A DNA stretch of 64,000 nt from Squalus acanthias (taxonomy: Eukaryota): assembly GCA_030390025.1 (NCBI GenBank), contig CM059438.1, forward strand, positions 67,768,001-67,832,000. The letters run 5' to 3'. The translations under genes and the position numbers were made by a program. Shown here piece after piece: positions 36,605-50,361 of the stretch (position 1 is its first letter; each line of letters begins with the position of its first letter). The notes under the pieces were generated by a model, which ran no database searches, was not told where the DNA came from, and worked only from the letters and a program-made list of their open reading frames with translations.

Positions 36605-38015
36605 GTTTTTTAAATTTGTTTTTATGGGATGTGGGCATCGCTGGAAAGGCCAGCATTTATTACCCATTCCTAATTGCCCTTGAGAAGGTGGTGGTGAGCC
36701 GCCGCCTTGAACCGCTGCAGTCCATGTGATGAAGGTACTCCCACAGTGCTGTTAGGGAGGGAGTTCCAGGATTTTCACCCAATGACGATGAAGGATCGGC
36801 GATATGCTTCTAAGTCAGATGGTGTGTGACTTGGAGGGGAACTTGGAAGTGGTGGTCTTCCCATGCGCCTGCAGCCCTTGTCCTTCTAGGTGGAAGAGGT
36901 TGTGGGTTTGGGAGGTGCTGCCGAAGAAGCCTTGGCAAGTTGCTGCAGTGCATCTTGTAGATGGTACACACTGCAGCCACGGTACACCGGTGGTGGAGGG
37001 AGTGAATGTTTAAGGTGGTGGATGGGGTGCCAATCAAGTGGGCTGGTTTGTCCTGGTGTTGAGTTTCTTGAGTGTTGTTGGAGCTGCACTCATCCAGGCA
37101 AGTGGAGAGTACTCCATCACACTCCTTACTTGTGCCTTGTAGATGGTGGAAAGGCTTTGGGGAGTCAGGAGGTGAGACACTCACCGCAGAATACCTAGTC
37201 TCTGACCTGCTCTTGTTGCCACAGTATTTATGTGGCTTGTCCAGTTAAGTTTCTGGTCAATGGTGACCCCCAGGATGTTGTTGGTGGAGGATTCGGCAAT
37301 GATAATGCCGTTGAATGTCAAGGGGAGGTGGTTAGACTCTTGCTTGTTGGAGATAGTCATTGCCTGGCATTTCTGTGGCACGAATGTTACCTGCCACTTA
37401 TCAACCCAAGTCTGAACGTCGTCCAGGTCTTGTTGCATGCGGGCATGGACTGCTTCATTATCTGAGGAGTTATGAATGGCACTGAACACCTTGCAATCAT
37501 CAGCGAAAATCCCAACTTCTAACCTTATGTTGGAGGGAAGGTCATTGATGAAGCAGCTAAAGATGGTTGGGCCTAGGACACTGCCCTGAGGAACTCCTGC
37601 AGCGATGTCCTGGGGCTGTGATGATTGACCTTCCACCACCTCAACCATCTTCCTTTGTGTTAGGTATGACTCCAGCCAGTGGAGCGTTTTCCCCCCGATT
37701 CCCATTGACTTCAATTTTACTAGGGCTCCTTGATGCCACATTCGGTCAAATGCAGCCACTCTCACCTCACCTCACCCTGGAATTCATCTCTTTTGTCCAT
37801 GTTTGGATCAAGACTGTAATGAGGTCTGGAGTCGAGTGGTCATGGCGGAACACAAACTGAGTATCGGTGAGAAGGTTATTGGTGAGTACGTGCCTCTTGA
37901 TAGCACTGTCGCCGACACCTTCCATCACTTTGCTGATGATTGAGTGTAGACTGATGGGGCGGTAATTGGCCGGATTTGTGGACAGGACCTACCTGGGCAG
38001 TTTTCCACATTTTCC
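36605..38015 (-). mobile_element. Family-2 LINE 3' 1.4 kb including RT
   Basis: Encodes AAFDRMWH..GVPQGSVLGPTIFSCFINDL..IFADDC..LGVTIDQKLNW; poly(A) end at 36605. Confidence 0.92.
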
Positions 38016-38019
38016 AGAG

Positions 38020-38280
38020 AATTAAGCACAATCTCTATGCTGACACTGCAATGCAGTACTGAGGGAGTACTGCACTGTCGGAGGTGCTCTCTTTCAGTCG
38101 AGATTTTAAACTGAGGCCCCATCTGCCTTCTCGGGTGGATGTGTAAGATCCCAAGACCCTATTTTGAAGAAGAGCAGTTTTCCCTGGTGTGCTGGCCAAT
38201 ATTTATCCCTCAAACAACATCACTAAAACAGATTATCCTGTCATGAAAGGTGCTATATAAATGCAAGTCTTTTTGTTTTA
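38020..38280 (+). mobile_element. Truncated Deu-domain SINE
   Basis: Core and tail GTGCTATATAAATGCAAGTCTTT present; head missing. Confidence 0.82.
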
Positions 38281-38959
38281 CTTTGAAAATAAAAAAATCA
38301 TCCTTTTTTGGAAACTAGAATGGAGAAGATTGTATAAAATATTTCAGCATCATGAGCAATTCACTTAAATTTTCTTCTTGCAACAGATGAATGACTTCAA
38401 TTCAAATTGTGTCCGAAGCACAATACATTGGGGCCAATTGTCATTACACTATCTCACTTGTGATTCGGACACAACGGGGCTGAATATTGCAAGGAGGAAA
38501 AAAAGCTGACTAAACACTGCAGTTCCACCTGCTCCGCTTGTTGGGGTCCAGCTTGATTTAGGTATCACCGCTCCCACCAGAATCAGGCAGGGACCCAATG
38601 ATATATTGACATAGGGGTCCAGGGACGCAGTTAAGGCACCAATGAATCTCCATGTCAATCAACACTGCTACCACTGCTGCTTCCTCAAGCCAAGTCTGGA
38701 GGCAGCCGTTTCCAGTATTCCTTGAAGGGATCCTCGCCTGCTCTCACTTAAAATGCTGGAAGAAAATGGAATGAAAATGGAAGAAAATGACCTGGTAGTT
38801 TTACAATAGTTTGTGCCAAGTTATTCGATTTTGAAGTGTTTGTTGTGGCTGAACAACCTTCTGAAATCTTATGGGGCTACCCCCAACACACTTCTAGCAG
38901 AATGGGCGTCCCTTCTAGCAACTCCAGTCTGGCCAAAGGAAGAAGAGCAGCAGCAACAG

Positions 38960-39560
38960 GTGGGAGACCAGCTAGAAGAGAGCGGGTTTGTAGGAATCCT
39001 TACCCTTCCAACAGAGCCAATAAGCCCAGGATAACATACAGGGTGCATTGATCCACAGAGCAGAGCGTATGAGGGGCCGAGATAGAGTGGATAGGAAGCA
39101 CCTATTTCCCTTAACAGCTAGGTTAATAACCAGGGGGCATAGATTTAAGGTAATTGGTAGAAGGATTAGAGGGGAATTGAGGAGAAATTCTTTTCACCCA
39201 GAGGCTGGTGGGGGTCTGGAACTCACTGCCTGAAAGGGTGGCAGAGGCAGAAACCCTCATCGCATTTAAAAAGTACTTGGATATGCACTTGAAGTGCCGT
39301 GATCTGCAAGGCCACAGACCAAGAGCTGGGAAGTGGGATTAGGCCGGATAGCTCTTGTTCGACCGGCGCAGACACGATGGGCCGAATGGCCTCCTTCTGT
39401 GCCGTAAATTTCTGAGACTGCACTCCTCTCGGGAGGCTGTGACAGAGTTATATCGCCTCCTGCAGCATGACTTGCAACCCACAGTCTGTTGCAGTCAAAG
39501 TCACTGCAGCCCTGAACTTCCTTGCCTCAAGCTCTGTCCAGCCTGCAACAGAGGGCATCT
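38960..39560 (+). pseudogene. Harbinger (HARBI1-like) transposase N-terminal remnant, split by CR1
   Basis: RRERVCRNPYPSNRANKPRITY, then the CR1 insertion, then LRLHSSREAVTELYRLLQHDLQP / VAVKVTAALNFLASSSVQ, matching the HARBI1-type HTH region. Confidence 0.75.
39062..39412 (+). mobile_element. CR1 3' fragment
   Basis: Encodes MRGRDRVDRKHLFPL..ITRGHRFKV; 3' UTR GGGCCGAATGGCCTCCTTCTGTGCCGTAAATTTCT. Confidence 0.9.
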
Positions 39561-39763
39561 TGGACTCCCATTGCATGGCTGCCCCTGTCATCAAGGTGAG
39601 GTTCAGTACTCAAACAGTTCTGGCAGAGAGCAGACTGGAGGACATCCATGATCCAATGGAAAGGCTTGTGAAGTGGGGGAAGGAAGGATTGCTAGTGTTG
39701 GAGCCAAAATCTGATGTCACAGAGCTGTGTAGAGAGTAAGAGAGATGTGAAGGGGAGGCTTAC

Positions 39764-39975
39764 CTTGGCAATCCTGGTAAAGTCATCAAATATCTTCCTG
39801 CAATGCAGCCAGATCCTAGCAACTATCCTGGCATTGACCTGCCCAGCCATCTCTGCACTGCTGCTGTCTAATTTTCTGGAGGACCAGTCACCCATTTGAA
39901 GGAAAGAGGACCTCTTCCTATTTCTTGTTCGACAAAGCCATCCGTGGCCATATATAAAAATCAGGGCGTGCTGTC
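39764..39975 (-). pseudogene. Harbinger Myb/SANT exon 1 remnant
   Basis: EEVLFPSNG / EMAGQVNARIVARIWLHCRKIFDDFTRIAK followed by a GTAAG donor at the same position as in the 54376 exon. Confidence 0.7.
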
Positions 39976-41115
39976 TTTCTGCCTGCTCCCTCAGTAACGC
40001 GCCAGCCACTCATGCCACTGGTAACCCAGCACACCTTTAGGAGCTGCAGGTTGGCTGCAAGATACGACAGGCCGCTGGCTTTCCCACCTTGCAAATAGTG
40101 AGCGATTAGCGCTGGAAGCTTGTCTTCTGTATTTGAGTCACAAAAAAACAATCAGGCCTCCCACCATCGGGCGAGCAGAGCCAACTCCTTGCCCACCGCC
40201 CGCCTGCTCTGCACCAGGCCACAAACGAAAATTGGCCCCAGCGCTTCCATATACCTAAGACACCCCATGCTCTCAAACATTTATACCAAAAGGTGCAATG
40301 TTTAAATATTTTTCTGCAAACCATGGCTCTCTGTGACGATGCTACTTACCATATTTCAAAAGATTTAGTATGCTTCCAGTTCATTTTCAGGTTGTCCATA
40401 TATTAATAAGCATAATGGGTGAATATTCTGTAACAACAGACTCTAGTTAATATTTAATTAGGAGCAGATGGCAGAAACCTAAATGATTTGGTAAACCCAG
40501 TGATTTAATACTTCAGTAGGTTTTCACATGTGGAGATTGAAGGTAGGGAAAACTTGATGTAGAAATGCAGAACTGCCTTCAGGGCAGTCTGAAATTGAAA
40601 ACCATCTATTAAATCAAGGTTAAAGTAAGGGCTGTATTTGCTTTTGTGTAAAGCTGAAATGAACTCCATAGTCACGCATTGGGTTCTGTCTGTATGTCAT
40701 TTACGAAGCTTCTTCTGAAAGATATTGGGGCCTGTGCAGTGATTTATTTTTAAAGAAATAATTTGAAGTGTTCGGCATAGGAAGTGAGAACAATGAGTGC
40801 TGACATCATTACTGTTGTACGAGTGCTGTACAGTGTTAATAGCATCACATACAGGGGGAAATTCATTGTACCAGATTATAATGCTGCAGAGGTGCTGAGA
40901 TGTTGACGAACGACTTACTTTTTAAAAATTAAATTCTACTTTACTGTCGCCAACTTTTTGTCAATTCACTCAGTTTGGAGTATTGTATTCAACTATTTTT
41001 GAGGTGGCAGTGCAGGTAACCCAGACCATGTGGGGTACGGACTAAATTACTAACTGATTGTCGACATAAGCGGATGAGCAAGATGATTGGTGCTAATGTG
41101 GTCAAGTCATCTACT

Positions 41116-44100
41116 TGTGGTTGGAGTGATGACACTGGATCGGATGTGGTTGGAGTGTTGACACTGTATCGGATGTGGTTGGAGTGTTGACACTGGATTG
41201 GATGTGGTTGGAGTGTTGACACTGGATCAGACGTGATTGGAGTGTTGACACTGGATCGGATGTGGTTGGTGTGTTGACACTGGATCGGATGTGGTTGGAG
41301 TGTTGACACTGGATCGGATGTGGTTGGTGTGTTGACACTGGATCAGACGTGGTTGGAGTGTTGACACTGGATCGGATGTGGTTGGAGTGTTGACACTGGA
41401 TCGGATGTGGTTGGTGTGTTGACACTGGATCAGACGTGGTTGGAGTGTTGACACTGGATCGGATGTGGTTGGTGTGTTGACACTGGATCAGAGTAGGTTG
41501 GAGTGTTGACACTGGATCGGATGTGGTTGGTGTGTTGACACTGGATCGGATGTGGTTGGAGTGATGACACTGGATCGGACGTGGTTGGAGTGATGACACT
41601 GGATCGGATGTGGTTGGAGTGATGACACTGGATCGGACGTGGTTGGAGTGTTGACACTGGATCGGATGTGGTTGGAGTGATGACACTGGATCGAATGTTG
41701 TTGGAGTGATGACACTGGATCGGATGTGGTTGGAGTGATGACACTGGATCGGATGTGGTTGGAGTGTTGACACTGGATCGGATGTGGTTGGAGTGATGAC
41801 ACTGGATCGGATGTGGTTGGAGTGTTGACACTGGATCGGATGTGGTTGGAGTGTTGACACTGGATCGGATGTGGTTGGAGTGTTGACACTGGATCGGATG
41901 TGGTTGGAGAGATGACACTGGATCGGATGTGGTTGGAGTGATGACACTGGATCGGATGTGGTTGGAGTGATGACACTGGATCGGATGTGGTTGGAGTGAT
42001 GACACTGGATCGGATGTGGTTGGAGTGATGACACTGGATCGGATGTGGTTGGAGTGATGACACTGGATCGGATGTGGTTGGAGTGTTGACACTGGATCAG
42101 ACGTGGTTGGAGTTTTGACACTGGATCTGGATGACACTGGATAGATGAGTGTTGACACTGGATCGGATGTGGTTGAGTGTTTACACTGGATCGGATGGTT
42201 GCAGTGACACTGGATCGGATGTGGTTGGAGAGATGACACTGGATCGGATGTGGTTGGAATGTTGACACTGGATCGGATGTGGTTGGAGTGATGAAACTGG
42301 ATTGGATGTGGTTGGAGTGATGACACTGGATCGGATGTGGTTGGTGTGATGACACTGGATCGGATGTGGTTGGACAGATGACACTGGATCGGATGTGGTT
42401 GGAGAGATGACACTGGATCGGATGTCGTTGGAGTGTTGACACTGGTTCGGATGTGGTTGGTGTGATGACACTGGATCGGATGTGGTTGGAGTGATGACAC
42501 TGGATCGGATGTGGTTGGAGAGATGACACTGGATCGGATGTGGTTGGAATGTTGACACTGGATCGGATGTGGTTGGAGTGGTGACACTGGATCAGATGTG
42601 GTTGGTGTGTTGACACTGGATCGGATGTGGTTGGAGTGTTGACACTGGATCGGATGTGGTTGGATGGATGACACTGGATCAGACGTGGTTGGAGTGTTGA
42701 CACTGGATCGGATGTGGTTGGAGTGATGACACTGGATCGGACGTGGTTGGAGGGTTGACACTGGATCGGATGTGGTTGGAGTGTTGACACTGGATTGGAT
42801 GTGGTTGGAGTGTTGACACTGGATCGGATGTGGTTGGAGTGATGACACTGGATCAGATGTGGTTGGAGTGATGACACTGGATCAGACGTGGTTGGAGTGT
42901 TGACACTGGATCGGATGTGGTTGGAGTGATGACACTGGATCGGATGTGGTTGGAGTGATGACACTGGATCGGATGTGGTTGGAGTGTTGACACTGGATCG
43001 GATGTGGTTGGAGTGTTGACACTGGATCGGATGTGGTTGGAATGTTGACACTGGATCGGATGTGGTTGGAGTGATGACACTGGATCGGATGTGGTTGGAG
43101 TGTTGACACTGGATCGGATGTGGTTGGAGTGTTGACACTGGATCGAATGTGGTTGGAGTGATGACACTGGATCGGATGTGGTTGGAGCGATGACACTGGA
43201 TCGAATGTGGTAGGAGTGATGAGACTGGATCGAATGTGGTTGGAGTGATGACACTGGGTCGAATGTGGTTGGGGTGATGACACTGGATCGGATGTGGTTG
43301 GAGTGATGACACTGGATCAGACGTGGTTGGAGTGATGACACTGGATCAGACGTGGTTGGAGTGTTGACACTGGATCGGATGTGGTTGGTGTGTTGACACT
43401 GGATCGGATGTGGTTGGAGTGATGACACTGGATCGGATGTGGTTGGAGAGATGACACTGGATCGGATGTGGTTGGAGAGATGACACTGGATCGTATGTGG
43501 TTGGAATGTTGACGCTGGATCGGATGTGGTTGGAGTGATGACACTGGATTGGATGTGGTTGGAGTGATGACACTGGATCGGATGTGGTTGGTGTGATGAC
43601 ACTGGATCGGATGTGGTTGGACAGATGACACTGGATCGGATGTGGTTGGAGAGATGACACTGGATCGGATGTCGTTGGAGTGTTGACACTGGATCGGATG
43701 TGGTTGGTGTGATGACACTGGCTCGGATGTGGTTGGAGTGATGACACTGGATCGGATGTGGTTGGAGAGATGACACTGGATCGGATGTGGTTGGAATGTT
43801 GACACTGGATCGGATGTGGTTGGAGTGGTGACACTGGATCAGATGTGGTTGGTGTGTTGACACTGGATCGGATGTGGTTGGAGTGTTGACACTGGATCGG
43901 ATGTGGTTGGAGTGATGACACTGGATCAGACGTGGTTGGAGTGTTGACACTGGATCGGATGTGGTTGGAGTGATGACACTGGATCGGACGTGGTTGGAGG
44001 GTTGACACTGGATCGGATGTGGTTGGAGTGTTGACACTGGATTGGATGTGGTTGGAGTGTTGACACTGGATCGGATGTGGTTGGAGTGTTGACACTGGAT

Positions 44101-47100
44101 CGGATGTGGTTGGAGTGATGACACTGGATCAGGCGTGGTTGGAGTGATGACACTGGATCGGATGTGGTTGGAGTGTTGACACTGGATCGGATGTGGTTGG
44201 TGTGATGACACTGGATCGGATGTGGTTGGAGTGATGACACTGGATCGGATGTGGTTGGAGTGTTGACACTGGATCGGATGTGGTTGGAGTGATGACACTG
44301 GATCGGATGTGGTTGGAGTGATGACACTGGATCGGATGTGGTTGGAGTGTTGACACTGGATCGGATGTGGTTGGAGTGATGACACTGGATCGGATGTGGT
44401 TGGAGTGATGACACTGGATCGGATGTGGTTGGAGTGTTGACACTGGATCGAATGTGGTTGGAGTGTTGACACTGGATCGGATGTGGTTGGAGTGTTGACA
44501 CTGGATCGAATGTGGTTGGAGTGATGACACTGGATCAGATGTGGTTGGAGTGATGACACTGGATCAGACGTGGTTGGAGTGTTGACACTGGATCGGATGT
44601 GGTTGGAGTGATGACACTGGATCGGATGTGGTTGGAGTGATGACACTGGATCGGATGTGGTTGGAGTGTTGACACTGGATCGGATGTGGTTGGAGTGTTG
44701 ACACTGGATCGGATGTGGTTGGAATGTTGACACTGGATCGGATGTGGTTGGAGTGATGACACTGGATCGGATGTGGTTGGAGTGTTGACACTGGATCGGA
44801 TGTGGTTGGAGTGTTGACACTGGATCGAATGTGGTTGGAGTGATGACACTGGATCGGATGTGGTTGGAGCGATGACACTGGATCGAATGTGGTAGGAGTG
44901 ATGAGACTGGATCGAATGTGGTTGGAGTGATGACACTGGATCGAATGTGGTTGGGGTGATGACACTGGATCGGATGTGGTTGGAGTGATGACACTGGATC
45001 AGACGTGGTTGGAGTGATGACACTGGATCAGACGTGGTTGGAGTGTTGACACTGGATCGGATGTGGTTGGTGTGTTGACACTGGATCAGGCGTGGTTGAG
45101 TGTTGACACTGGATCGGATGTGGTTGGAGTGTTGACACTGGATCGATGTGGTTGGAGTGTTGACACTGGATCGGATGTGGTTGGTGTGTTGACACTGGAT
45201 CAGGCGTGGTTGGAGTGTTGACACTGGATCGGATGTGGTTGGAGTGATGACACTGGATCGGACGTGGTTGGAGTGATGACACTGGATCTGATGTGGTTGG
45301 AGTGATGACACTGGATCGGACGTGGTTGGAGTGTTGACACTGGATCGGATGTGGTTGGAGTGATGACACTGGATCGGATGTGGTTGGAGTGTTGACACTG
45401 GATCGGATGTGGTTGGAGTGTTGACACTGGATCGGATGTGGTTGGAGTGTTGACACTGGATCGGATGTGGTTGGAGAGATGACACTGGATCGGATGTGGT
45501 TGGAGTGATGACACTGGTTCGGATGTGGTTGGAGTGATGACACTGGATCGAATGTGGTAGGAGTGATGAGACTGGATCGAATGTGGTTGGAGTGATGACA
45601 CTGGATCGAATGTGGTTGGAGTGATGACACTGGATCGAATGTGGTTGGAGTGATGACACTGGATCGGATGTGGTTGGAGCGATGACACTGGATCGAATGT
45701 GGTAGGAGTGATGAGACTGGATCGAATGTGGTTGGAGTGATGACACTGGATCGAATGTGGTTGGGGTGATGACACTGGATCGGATGTGGTTGGAGTGATG
45801 ACACTGGATCAGACGTGGTTGGAGTGATGACACTGGATCAGACGTGGTTGGAGTGTTGACACTGGATCGGATGTGGTTGGTGTGTTGACACTGGATCAGG
45901 CGTGGTTGGAGTGTTGACACTGGATCGGATGTGGTTGGTGTGTTGACACTGGATCAGATGTGGTTGGAGTGTTGACACTGGATCGGATGTGGTTGGTGTG
46001 TTGACACTGGATCAGGCGTGGTTGGAGTGTTGACACTGGATCGGATGTGGTTGGAGTGATGACACTGGATCGGACGTGGTTGGAGTGATGACACTGGATC
46101 TGATGTGGTTGGAGTGATGACACTGGATCGGACGTGGTTGGAGTGTTGACACTGGATCGGATGTGGTTGGAGTGATGACACTGGATCGGATGTGGTTGGA
46201 GTGTTGACACTGGATCGGATGTGGTTGGAGTGTTGACACTGGATCGGATGTGGTTGGAGTGTTGACACTGGATCGGATGTGGTTGGAGAGATGACACTGG
46301 ATCGGATGTGGTTGGAGTGATGACACTGGTTCGGATGTGGTTGGAGTGATGACACTGGATCGAATGTGGTAGGAGTGATGAGACTGGATCGAATGTGGTT
46401 GGAGTGATGACACTGGATCGAATGTGGTTGGAGTGATGACACTGGATCGGATGTGGTTGGAGTGATGACACTGGATCAGACGTGGTTGGAGTGATGACAC
46501 TGGATCAGACGTGGTTGGAGTGTTGACACTGGATCGGATGTGGTTGGTGTGTTGACACTGGATCGGATGTGGTTGGAGTGTTGACACTGGATCGGATGTG
46601 GTTGGTGTGTTGACACTGGATCAGGCGTGGTTGGAGTGTTGACACTGGATCGGATGTGGTTGGTGTGTTGACACTGGATCAGAGGAGGTTGGAGTGTTGA
46701 CACTGGATCGGATGTGGTTGGTGTGTTGACACTGGATCGGATGTGGTTGGAGTGATGACACTGGATCGGACGTGGTTGGAGTGATGACACTGGATCGGAT
46801 GTGGTTGGAGTGATGACACTGGATCGGACGTGGTTGCAGTGTTGACACTGGATCGGATGTGGTTGGAGTGATGACACTGGATCGAATGTTGTTGGTGTAA
46901 TGACACTGGATCGGATGTGGTTGGAGTGATGACACTGGATCGGATGTGGTTGGAGTGTTGACACTGGATCGGATGTGGTTGGAGTGATGACACTGGATCG
47001 GATGTGGTTGGAGTGTTGACACTGGATCGGATGTGGTTGGAGTGTTGACACTGGATCGGATGTGGTTGGAGTGTTGACACTGGATCGGATGTGGTTGGAG

Positions 47101-49097
47101 AGATGACACTGGATCGGATGTGGTTGGAGTGATGACACTGGATCGGATGTGGTTGGAGTGATGACACTGGATCGGATGTGGTTGGAGTGATGACACTGGA
47201 TCGGATGTGGTTGGAGTGATGACACTGGATCGGATGTGGTTGGAGTGATGACACTGGATCGGATGTGGTTGGAGTGTTGACACTGGATCAGACGTGGTTG
47301 GAGTGTTGACACTGGATCAGACGTGGTTGGAGTGATGACACTGGATCGTATGTGGTTGGTGTGTTGACACTGGATCGGATGTGGTTGGAGTGTTTACACT
47401 GGATCGGATGTGTTTGCAGTGATGACACTGGATCGGATGTGGTTGGAGTGATGACACTGGATCGGATGTGGTTGGAGAGATGACACTGGATCGGATGTGG
47501 TTGAAATGTTGACACTGGATCGGATGTGGTTGGAGTGATGACACTGGATCGGATGTGGTTGGTGTGATGACACTGGATCGGATGTGGTTGGAGAGATGAC
47601 ACTGGATCGGATGTGGTTGGAGAGATGACACTGGATCGGATGTGGTTGGAGTGTTGACACTGGATCGGATGTGGTTGGTGTGATGACACTGGATCGGATG
47701 TGGTTGGAGTGATGACACTGGATCGGATGTGGTTGGAGAGATGACACTGGATCGGATGTGGTTGGAATGTTGACACTGGATCGGATGTGGTTGGAGTGGT
47801 GACACTGGATCGGATGTGGTTGAAATGTTGACACTGGATCGGATGTGGTTGGAGTGATGACACTGGATCGGATGTGGTTGGTGTGATGACACTGGATCGG
47901 ATGTGGTTGGAGAGATGACACTGGATCGGATGTGGTTGGAGAGATGACACTGGATCGGATGTGGTTGGAGTGTTGACACTGGATCGGATGTGGTTGGTGT
48001 GATGACACTGGATCGGATGTGGTTGGAGTGATGACACTGGATCGGATGTGGTTGGAGAGATGACACTGGATCGGATGTGGTTGGAATGTTGACACTGGAT
48101 CGGATGTGGTTGGAGTGGTGACACTGGATCGGATGTGGTTGGTGTGTTGACACTGGATCGGATGTGGTTGGAGTGTTGACACTGGATCGGATGTGGTTGG
48201 AGAGATGACACTGGATCGGATGTGGTTGGAATGTTGACACTGGATCGGATGTGGTTGGAGTGGTGACACTGGATCGGATGTGGTTGGTGTGTTGACACTG
48301 GATCGGATGTGGTTGGAGTGTTGACACTGGATCGGATGTGGTTGGAGTGATGACACTGGATCGGATGTGGTTGGAGTGATGACACTGGATCGGATGTGGT
48401 TGGAGTGATGACACTGGATCGGATGTGGTTGGAGTGTTGACACTGGATCGGATGTGGTTGGAGTGTTGACACTGGATCGGATGTGGTTGGAGTGTTGACA
48501 CTGGATCGGATGTGGTTGGAGTGTTGACACTGGATCGGATGTGGTTGGAGTGATGACACTGGATCGGATGTGGTTGGAGTGATGACACTGGATCGGATGT
48601 GGTTGGAGTGATGACACTGGATCGGATGTGGTTGGAGTGTTGACACTGGATCGGATGTGGTTGGAGTGTTGACACTGGATCGGATGTGGTTGGAGTGTTG
48701 ACACTGGATCGGATGTGGTTGGAGTGTTGACACTGGATCGGATGTGGTTGGAGTGTTGACACTGGATCGGATGTGGTTGGAGTGATGACACTGGATCGGA
48801 TGTGGTTGGAGTGATGACACTGGATCGGATGTGGTTGGTGTGATGACACTGGATCGGATGTGGTTGGAGTGTTGACACTGGATCGGATGTGGTTGGAGTG
48901 TTGACACTGGATCGGATGTGGTTGGAGTGATGACACTGGATCGGATGTGGTTGGAGTGATGACACTGGATCGGATGTGGTTGGTGTGCTGACACTGGATC
49001 AGATGTGGTTGGTGTGTTGACACTGGATCGGATGTGGTTGGAGTGATGACACTGGATCGGACGTGGTTGGAGGGTTGACACTGGATCGGACGTGGTT
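41116..49097. repeat. 29-bp minisatellite/satellite array, ~275 units
   Basis: Unit GTGGTTGGAGTG(A/T)TGACACTGGATCGGAT repeated head-to-tail without spacers over 7982 bp. Confidence 0.99.
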
Positions 49098-50361
49098 ATG
49101 CATGACCCTGCTATTAAATATGGGACAGGTTTCGGTGGGGGTGCAGCGGTATGGATTAGAAACTCACCCCTTGCTCCAGAAATACGGACCGAGACATTTT
49201 AACCCCCGGGACTCATTTAAATCTTGCTGGCTGACTTCGCACCCATTCCAGGCGAGAAAATCATATTCTTAAAACTTTACATGTGAAATAACAAGCTGCC
49301 TGACATTTCCTGTACCAGTTTGAGGCTGTGATTTTGTATTAGCTTCTGTACAAAGTGCAACGTGACCAATTCCTACTTAACATGCCCAGGGCACGCTATT
49401 CTAGATGACTTTACACACTTTGGCTCATAGGGAGCAAGTGTGCTTCGATATGGAACTGAATCTTTGTGTTTGGTGCTGAAAAGGTTCCTGGTTCGAGCTT
49501 ACTGATTAGATGGTGTTGGACGGTGAAAATGGCCTACCTCATCCATATCAATCATATGAACTATTAACTAAGGTTTGGGAGCCATTCTAGGGAGGAGAAC
49601 AGCAATTTTATAAGCTGCCTTGAGAGTTTGATTGACAGGCCACTGGCTATTTTACAGATTCAAGCCAATTTAATTTTTCCTTCTGACATTCTTTTCTCTC
49701 TCTCTCCCTTTTCTTTCTCCGGGCTATACAAGTAGCAGCTGAATATAAGAACACATTATGTAGGTTTCGACAGTTAAATTACAGATCTGTGAGCTCTGCG
49801 GTTAAGCTAATTCAACCCTACTGAATGCAGAATGCAGCTTTTCTGTTTGCTTGCTAATTTGACAATCTGTTTCCATCAGTTGTTCTCTCATGAGATCCCG
49901 TTCAGCATTACGTCTGGAAAAAATAATGGTAGGTCCAGCCATACCCCAGGAGGGAGGAAATCAGCCCAGACTCCCATTCCACATATATTGGCTATCCAGT
50001 GCCTTACTGAAGGTGTGCACCGAACCACTGATATCATTTCACACTATTTCGCTCTCCTGTGAATCAGTGTGAGTCTGTGATACAGCTGTTCATCCATCAT
50101 TATTGGCAATTGCTCTCTCCATGCTCAAGACCAATAGCACGTTATTTCATCCTTGAAATCAGGCGGCTATAATGAAGCATAATACACGACTACCTTGAAG
50201 GCTCTGTATTTCAGTGGAATGAGACCAAGTCTGTGAGACTGTTGTGATTGTCTTTCATAAGAGTTTAACTGCCAGTTCAGAGCCACCAAATTTGTGTGTG
50301 TTCAGCAGAGTCATGTATATGAACAATGAATGACCTCGTTTGATTTAAGATTCAGTACTTT

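Larger units (their letters stand above)
38476..40239 (+). mobile_element. Old Harbinger element with transposase (+) and Myb (-) remnants
   Basis: Weak TIRs GGGGCTGAATATTGC / CGAAAATTGGCCCC; convergent gene remnants listed separately. Confidence 0.62.

Noticed and set aside
41111..49081. Long minus-strand ORFs (up to 733 aa) of repeating SSLQPHPIQCHHSNHIRSSVITPTTSDPV
   Set aside because: A stop-free 29-nt unit is automatically open in all three frames. Starts are GTG, the recurrent TCAGA variant creates TGA stops freely, and there is no unique N- or C-terminal domain or clear splice context.
41116..49097. CRISPR array (29-bp repeats)
   Set aside because: No unique spacers, no cas genes, and vertebrate context.
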